A stretch of DNA of 64,000 nucleotides from an uncultured Veillonella sp. Its GTDB lineage: Bacteria; Bacillota; Negativicutes; Veillonellales; Veillonellaceae. The notes beneath the pieces are model-generated. The model did not search any database and was not told the DNA's origin. It saw only the letters and a list, made by a program, of their open reading frames with translations. The position numbers were made by a program, and so were the translations under genes. Positions 58,704-64,000 of the stretch are shown here, piece by piece (the first letter of the stretch is position 1; every line of letters begins with the position of its first letter). The stretch is from the NCBI GenBank assembly GCA_902478055.1, contig CABSJL010000005.1:9896-73895 (forward strand), given 5' to 3'.

Positions 58704-59606
58704 ATGAGTACGAAGGAACAACAAGTACAAGAAATGACTAATAAGATAGCTAATTTCATTTCTTATATGGCAAAGGTATTGCCTGATGATGTACAAGAAA
58801 AAATTCATGAATTGGCACAGGATGAAAAAAATCCTATGGCTAAATCTATTTATGAAACAATGCAACATAATATGGATTTAGCAGCTCAGCTTAATCGTCC
58901 TTCTTGTCAAGATACTGGTGTATTACAATTTTGGGTAAAGGTTGGATCTAATTATCCCTTACTAGGAGAATTAGAAGATATTCTAAGAGAAGCAACTTAT
59001 AAGGCTACACAAGAGGCTCCATTACGATTGAACTGTGTAGAAACTTTTGATGAGTTTAATACTGGTAAAAATATTGGCCTCACTGCACCTTATATTCACT
59101 GGGATATCATTCCTGGCCGTGATGATGTAGAAATCTTCCCTTATATGGCTGGTGGCGGGTGTTCCTTGCCAGGGTCAGGTAAAACATTGATGCCTGGTGA
59201 AGGCTATGAAGGTGTTGCTAAGTTTGTTCTTGATTTGATGACAAGCTATGGTTTGAATGCGTGTCCTCCACTATTGGTAGGTGTAGGGATTGCTACAACT
59301 ATTGATACCGCTGCTGGATTATCTAAAAAAGCATTAATGCGCCCTGTATCTTCAAAAGCACCTAATGAAAAAGCGGCTTATATGGAACAATTGTTAGAAG
59401 ATGGAATTAATAAGATTGGTATTGGACCTCAAGGTATGGGTGGGGATAAAACTGTATTAGGTGTTAACATTGAACATGGTACACGTCATCCATCTGTTAT
59501 TTCTTGTGCTGTTAGTGTAGGTTGTTGGAATCATCGTCGCGGCGATCTCGTATTTGATAAGGATGGTAATTGCACAGTTAAATCTCATAAAGGAGTGACA
59601 TTATAA
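58704..59606 (+). CDS. ttdA: L(+)-tartrate dehydratase / Fe-S hydratase alpha subunit
   Basis: RPSCQDTG, YMAGGGCSLPG, NACPP, GCWNHR. Confidence 0.85.
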   Translation: MSTKEQQVQEMTNKIANFISYMAKVLPDDVQEKIHELAQDEKNPMAKSIYETMQHNMDLAAQLNRPSCQDTGVLQFWVKVGSNYPLLGELEDILREATYKATQEAPLRLNCVETFDEFNTGKNIGLTAPYIHWDIIPGRDDVEIFPYMAGGGCSLPGSGKTLMPGEGYEGVAKFVLDLMTSYGLNACPPLLVGVGIATTIDTAAGLSKKALMRPVSSKAPNEKAAYMEQLLEDGINKIGIGPQGMGGDKTVLGVNIEHGTRHPSVISCAVSVGCWNHRRGDLVFDKDGNCTVKSHKGVTL

Positions 59607-60217
59607 TGGCTAAGAAAATATTAACTACACCTATTCAAAAATCTGATTTAGAAGGCATTAAGCCAGGCGATGTAATTTATTTGACTGGGCATATTACAAC
59701 TAGTCGTGATATGGGGCATCGTCGTGTGGTAGAAGAAGGTCAAACGTTACCGGTTGATGTTAAAGATGGGGCAATACTTCATGCAGGCCCAATTATTCGT
59801 ACTATAAGCGATAATGAATTTGAAGTAGTATCTGTAGGTCCTACTACATCTATGAGAATGGAAAAATTCGAATATGACTTTGTTAAGAAGACAGGGGTAC
59901 GTCTAATTGTAGGTAAAGGTGGCATGGGGCCTGAAACAGCCCGTGCATGTAAAGACTTTGGCGCACTACACTGTGTATTCCCTGCAGGTAATGCAGTTCT
60001 TGCTGCTACAGAAGTCGAAAAAGTAGAATCTGCTAATTGGCGTGAATTAGGTATGTGTGAGACTTTGTGGACTTTTAAGGTTAAAGAATTTGGTCCGCTT
60101 ATCGTATCCATTGATGCAGACGGCAACAACTACTTTGAAAATAAAAAAGTAGAATACAATGCGAAAAAAGAAGAAGTGTTAGAAGAAATCTATAAACACG
60201 TAGGCTTTATTAAATAA
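59606..60217 (+). CDS. ttdB: L(+)-tartrate dehydratase / Fe-S hydratase beta subunit
   Basis: HAGP, GPTTSMRME, VGKGGMG, FGPLIVSID. Confidence 0.85.
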   Translation: MAKKILTTPIQKSDLEGIKPGDVIYLTGHITTSRDMGHRRVVEEGQTLPVDVKDGAILHAGPIIRTISDNEFEVVSVGPTTSMRMEKFEYDFVKKTGVRLIVGKGGMGPETARACKDFGALHCVFPAGNAVLAATEVEKVESANWRELGMCETLWTFKVKEFGPLIVSIDADGNNYFENKKVEYNAKKEEVLEEIYKHVGFIK

Positions 60218-60241
60218 TTGCATTGTGAAATGTAACTAAAT

Positions 60242-60279
60242 AGGAGGATTATACGGATTTTGTACAATCCTCCTTTTTT
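60242..60279 (+). terminator. Rho-independent terminator
   Basis: aggaggatt...aatcctccttttttt. Confidence 0.75.
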
Positions 60280-60320
60280 GTACCCTTTTTTAGGTATATT
60301 ACACGTATTGGGAGGTATTT

Positions 60321-61589
60321 ATGGATACGAGTGTAATGATAACTCTTGGCTTCTTGGTATTTGCCATCGTCATGTTTGCATGGGAGAAAATTCCATTATC
60401 TATTACTGCTATGGTTGTAGCAGTAGGTTTGCACTTAAGTGGAGTCTTATCTGCTAAAGAAGCATTCGCCGGTTTTGTAGATCCAAATGTCTTACTATTT
60501 ATGGGTATGTTTGTTATTGGTGAAGCTTTCTTTGCAACAGGCGTAGCCGTAGGCGTAGGTAATGTAGTTCATAAGTTTGCTAAAACTGAAACATCTTTAC
60601 TCGTTGCAGTTATGATGATTACAGGTATTTTATCTGGTTTCTTATCTAATACTGGTACAGCTGCTGTACTGATTCCTGTAATTATTGGTATTTGTAAAAA
60701 AAGTGGTTTTAAACAAACTAAATTATTAATGCCTCTTGTATTTGCTGCAGCTATGGGTGGTAATATTTCACTTATCGGCGCTCCTGGCAATATGATTGCG
60801 CAAGCGGGCTTACAACAAGCGGGCCTAGGCTCTTTTGGTTTCTTTGATTATGGTCTAGTAGGTTTGCCAATTCTTATTGTAGGTACTATATTCTATGCTA
60901 CAATTGGTAAACGTTTCTTACCAGATGCTCCAAGTCATCAACCAGATGGTGCCTTTGAAGGCAATGACGATTATAGCCATGTACCGTCTTGGAAAAAATG
61001 GACTGCTGCAATTGTATTGATTTTGACAGTTGTTGCTATGATCTTTGAAAAACAATTAGGTGTAAAACTTTATGTGAGTGCCTGGATAGGTGCTCTTGTA
61101 TTAGTTGCTACTAATGTTATTAGTGAAAGTGCAGCTGTTAGATCTATAGATATGAAAACAATCATGCTCTTCGCTGGCTCTATGGCCCTTGGGGACGCAA
61201 TGGTTAAAACAGGTACTGGTTCTGTAATTGCAGATCTTATCGTAAACAGCCTTGGTGCTAGTCCATCTCCAATTGTTGTTCTAGTAGTAATCTTTGTGCT
61301 TGGTGTGTTCATGACGAACTTCATGTCTAATACTGCTACCTGTGCATTATTGGTACCAATCGGTCTTAGCTTAGCATCTCAATTGGGATTCGATCCAAAA
61401 GCAGTGCTTGCAGCTATTGTAATTGCTAGCTCCTTAGCGTATGCTACCCCAATTGGTATGCCTGCGAATACTATGGTATACAACATTGCTGGTTATAGCT
61501 TCATGGATTATGTGAAAGCTGGTTTGCCACTCATCGTTGTATCTAGTATAGTAGCACTTATATTGTTACCAATTTTATTCCCATTTTAA
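60321..61589 (+). CDS. SLC13/DASS-family di/tricarboxylate transporter
   Basis: Two SNT motifs (FLSNTG, FMSNTA); IGAPGN; TPIGMPAN. Confidence 0.88.
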   Translation: MDTSVMITLGFLVFAIVMFAWEKIPLSITAMVVAVGLHLSGVLSAKEAFAGFVDPNVLLFMGMFVIGEAFFATGVAVGVGNVVHKFAKTETSLLVAVMMITGILSGFLSNTGTAAVLIPVIIGICKKSGFKQTKLLMPLVFAAAMGGNISLIGAPGNMIAQAGLQQAGLGSFGFFDYGLVGLPILIVGTIFYATIGKRFLPDAPSHQPDGAFEGNDDYSHVPSWKKWTAAIVLILTVVAMIFEKQLGVKLYVSAWIGALVLVATNVISESAAVRSIDMKTIMLFAGSMALGDAMVKTGTGSVIADLIVNSLGASPSPIVVLVVIFVLGVFMTNFMSNTATCALLVPIGLSLASQLGFDPKAVLAAIVIASSLAYATPIGMPANTMVYNIAGYSFMDYVKAGLPLIVVSSIVALILLPILFPF

Positions 61590-61609
61590 TGAGATAATAT
61601 AAGTTTTTT

Positions 61610-61648
61610 AGAAAGAGCCCTAATGTATGTTGCATTAGGGCTCTTTCT
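61610..61648 (+). terminator. Rho-independent terminator
   Basis: agaaagagccctaatg...cattagggctctttct. Confidence 0.8.
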
Positions 61649-61957
61649 CATATGTGCAATAGGTAGGGATAAACGTATTAGATAATATAATTTAGCTATT
61701 AGATGTTTTAGATGTATTATACGTATTTGACGTATTAGATTTTCTATACGTCTTAGGCATCTTAGATCTATTAGATATATTACTAAAATTGTTAAGGATT
61801 AATATTAGACATACGTAATACTTTCATATATAATAGATTACTGTAGTTGTACAAATATACATCTACAGTAGACAATTAATATTAAATAGTAAATATTAGA
61901 TAATATGTTAATAGTTGTTATATAGTTGATAGATGGCCATGGTGCCAAGGAGGCTTT

Positions 61958-63628
61958 ATGTTAAGCGATATTGAGATTGCCCAACAGAATAAAATGGAAA
62001 AAATTCAGGTCATTGCCGATAAATGCGGTTTAACCCCTGATGATATTGAACAATATGGTCATTATAAAGCGAAGATTTCTTTTGATGCTATTCGTCGCTT
62101 AGAAGATAAGACAGATGGTAAATTGGTATTAGTTACGGCTATTACACCGACGCCAGCAGGTGAAGGGAAGTCTACAACGAGCATTGGTCTTGTACAAGGG
62201 TTACAAAAAATTGGCAAAAATGCTATTGCCACATTGCGTGAGCCATCCTTAGGTCCTGTATTTGGCATTAAGGGTGGTGCAGCAGGGGGTGGTTACGCTC
62301 AAGTTGTACCAATGGATGATATTAACCTTCATTTTACAGGTGATATGCACGCTATTACAGCAGCTAATAATTTATTGTCCGCTATGATTGACAATCACAT
62401 CCATCAAGGCAATGAATTGCAAATCGATTTGCGTCAATTATCTTGGACTCGTGTTTTAGATATGAATGACCGTGCCCTTCGTAATGTTACCGTAGCACTT
62501 GGCGGTAAAGTGTGTGGTTTCCCACGAGAAGATCACTTCATGATTACTGTTGCTTCTGAAATCATGGCTATTCTTTGCTTGGCTAAAGATTTAGAAGATT
62601 TGAAAGAACGCTTTGGTCGTATCGTTATCGGCTGTAATTTAGCAGGTGAGCCTGTTTATGTTCATCAGCTAGGTTGCCAAGGTGCGATGGCCCTTCTTAT
62701 GAAAGATGCTATAAAGCCGAATTTAGTACAAACATTAGAACATACACCAGCTATCGTTCACGGTGGTCCATTTGCTAATATCGCTCATGGTTGTAACTCC
62801 ATCGTAGCTACAAAGCTTGGTCTTAAATTAGGCGATATCGTAGTTACTGAAGCTGGTTTCGGTGCTGACTTAGGGGCTGAAAAGTTCCTTGATATCAAAT
62901 GTCGTTACGGTAATATTTTCCCTGATACAATTGTAATCGTAGCTACATTGCGTGCTCTTAAAATGCATGGTGGTGTGCCTAAACAAGAACTTAGCACTGA
63001 AAATGTTGAAGCTGTTACAAAAGGTTTCAGCAATTTGCAAAAAGCCATCGAAAATATGCGTTACTTCAATGTGCCTGTATTGGTAGCAATTAATAAATTT
63101 GCTACCGATACCGATGCAGAGATTGCTGAATTGACTCGTCTCTGTGATGACTTTGGTGTACCTGTAGAGCTCAATGAATGTTGGGAAAAAGGCGGTGAAG
63201 GCGGCATTGATATGGCGAAAAAGGTCGTAGAATTGCTTGAAGATTCTAAACGAACACCTAAATTCGTATATGATTTAGAAGATAGCTTAGAAGAAAAGGT
63301 AAATAAAATCGTTAAAACCATTTATGGTGGCGATGGCGTTATCTTTACAGATAAAGCTAAAAAGCAAATTAAACAATTAGCTGATTGGGGTCTTGATCGT
63401 TTACCTGTATGTATGGCAAAAACACAATACTCCTTATCTGATAATCCAGCTTTATTAGGGGCACCGAAAGGATTTACTATTACCGTATCCGATATTCGCG
63501 TTGCTAATGGAGCAGGCTTTATCGTATGCCGTACCGGTGATGTAATGGTTATGCCTGGCCTTCCTAAACGTCCTGCCGCTCTTAATATGGATATCGAAGC
63601 AGATGGTACGATTAAAGGTTTATTCTAA
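61958..63628 (+). CDS. fhs: Formate--tetrahydrofolate ligase
   Basis: [46 protein letters not shown]. Confidence 0.97.
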   Translation: MLSDIEIAQQNKMEKIQVIADKCGLTPDDIEQYGHYKAKISFDAIRRLEDKTDGKLVLVTAITPTPAGEGKSTTSIGLVQGLQKIGKNAIATLREPSLGPVFGIKGGAAGGGYAQVVPMDDINLHFTGDMHAITAANNLLSAMIDNHIHQGNELQIDLRQLSWTRVLDMNDRALRNVTVALGGKVCGFPREDHFMITVASEIMAILCLAKDLEDLKERFGRIVIGCNLAGEPVYVHQLGCQGAMALLMKDAIKPNLVQTLEHTPAIVHGGPFANIAHGCNSIVATKLGLKLGDIVVTEAGFGADLGAEKFLDIKCRYGNIFPDTIVIVATLRALKMHGGVPKQELSTENVEAVTKGFSNLQKAIENMRYFNVPVLVAINKFATDTDAEIAELTRLCDDFGVPVELNECWEKGGEGGIDMAKKVVELLEDSKRTPKFVYDLEDSLEEKVNKIVKTIYGGDGVIFTDKAKKQIKQLADWGLDRLPVCMAKTQYSLSDNPALLGAPKGFTITVSDIRVANGAGFIVCRTGDVMVMPGLPKRPAALNMDIEADGTIKGLF

Positions 63629-63778
63629 TATAAATTCCTTGTAGTACACATTTTCTTAACTACCCATAGGTAGTGTCTGCTTTCACTAGTTTATATAGTG
63701 TGTTACCTGTATATTTTTATAGAAATGACAAAGCGATAACAAGGATAGCTTGTTATCGCTTTTACATGAGGTCTTGTT

Positions 63779-64000
63779 ATGAATTTAGTAGAACAACGTG
63801 TTGTAGATTTTGTAGCAGCTACTGCATCTAAAGAACCAACTCCAGGTGGTGGAGCCATTGCGGCCTTAACGGCTGCAACGGGGGCAGCATTAGCTGAAAT
63901 GGTGGCGAATTTAACCTTTGGTAAAAAGGGATATGAAGATGTTCAATCTGACATGAAAGATCTTCAAGCTAAAGCGGAATCTATTCGTAATCGCATGCTC
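63779..64000 (+). CDS. Cyclodeaminase/cyclohydrolase family (FchA-like), truncated by window end
   Basis: MNLVEQRVVDFVAATASKEPTPGGGAIAAL...MVANLTFGKK; downstream of fhs; absent from ORF track because partial. Confidence 0.82.
   Translation, partial: MNLVEQRVVDFVAATASKEPTPGGGAIAALTAATGAALAEMVANLTFGKKGYEDVQSDMKDLQAKAESIRNRML

Overview
AT-rich bacterial chromosomal window, almost entirely + strand, most consistent with Veillonella (Negativicutes). The taxon is inferred from Firmicutes-type genes (ylbF, thiT, ktrAB, fhs) occurring alongside outer-membrane genes (TonB system, autotransporter). In order it holds an ascorbate-family PTS plus ybaN; an AraC/Fur-controlled heme-type uptake operon (1695-aa TonB-dependent receptor, exbB, exbD, tonB, flavodoxin, ChuW/HutW-like radical SAM); pfkB-ktrB-ktrA; a repeat protein/MoxR AAA+/vWA triad; housekeeping genes (moaC, trmL, ylbF, murB, typA); DUF4198 and an autotransporter; tRNA-Arg(CCG) followed by an IS30-family element; lemA, ilvBN, a carbonic anhydrase and a phosphatase; an arginine cluster flanked by two M20 amidohydrolases; DcuC and MFS transporters; guaC; thiT-mobAB-moeA; a duplicated AraC module upstream of a SemiSWEET gene and a tartrate/fumarate hydratase; fhs; and a partial cyclohydrolase. 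Three candidates stand out. (1) The receptor appears to be a TonB-dependent transporter fused to a second, OmpM-like beta-barrel. (2) The ArgF-like carbamoyltransferase has lost the ornithine alpha-amino-binding Asp and sits next to a deacetylase-like gene, suggesting a possible N-acetylornithine route. (3) The MoxR-vWA-repeat triad has a degenerate peptidase motif. All product calls come from motif recognition by eye; no database searches were run.
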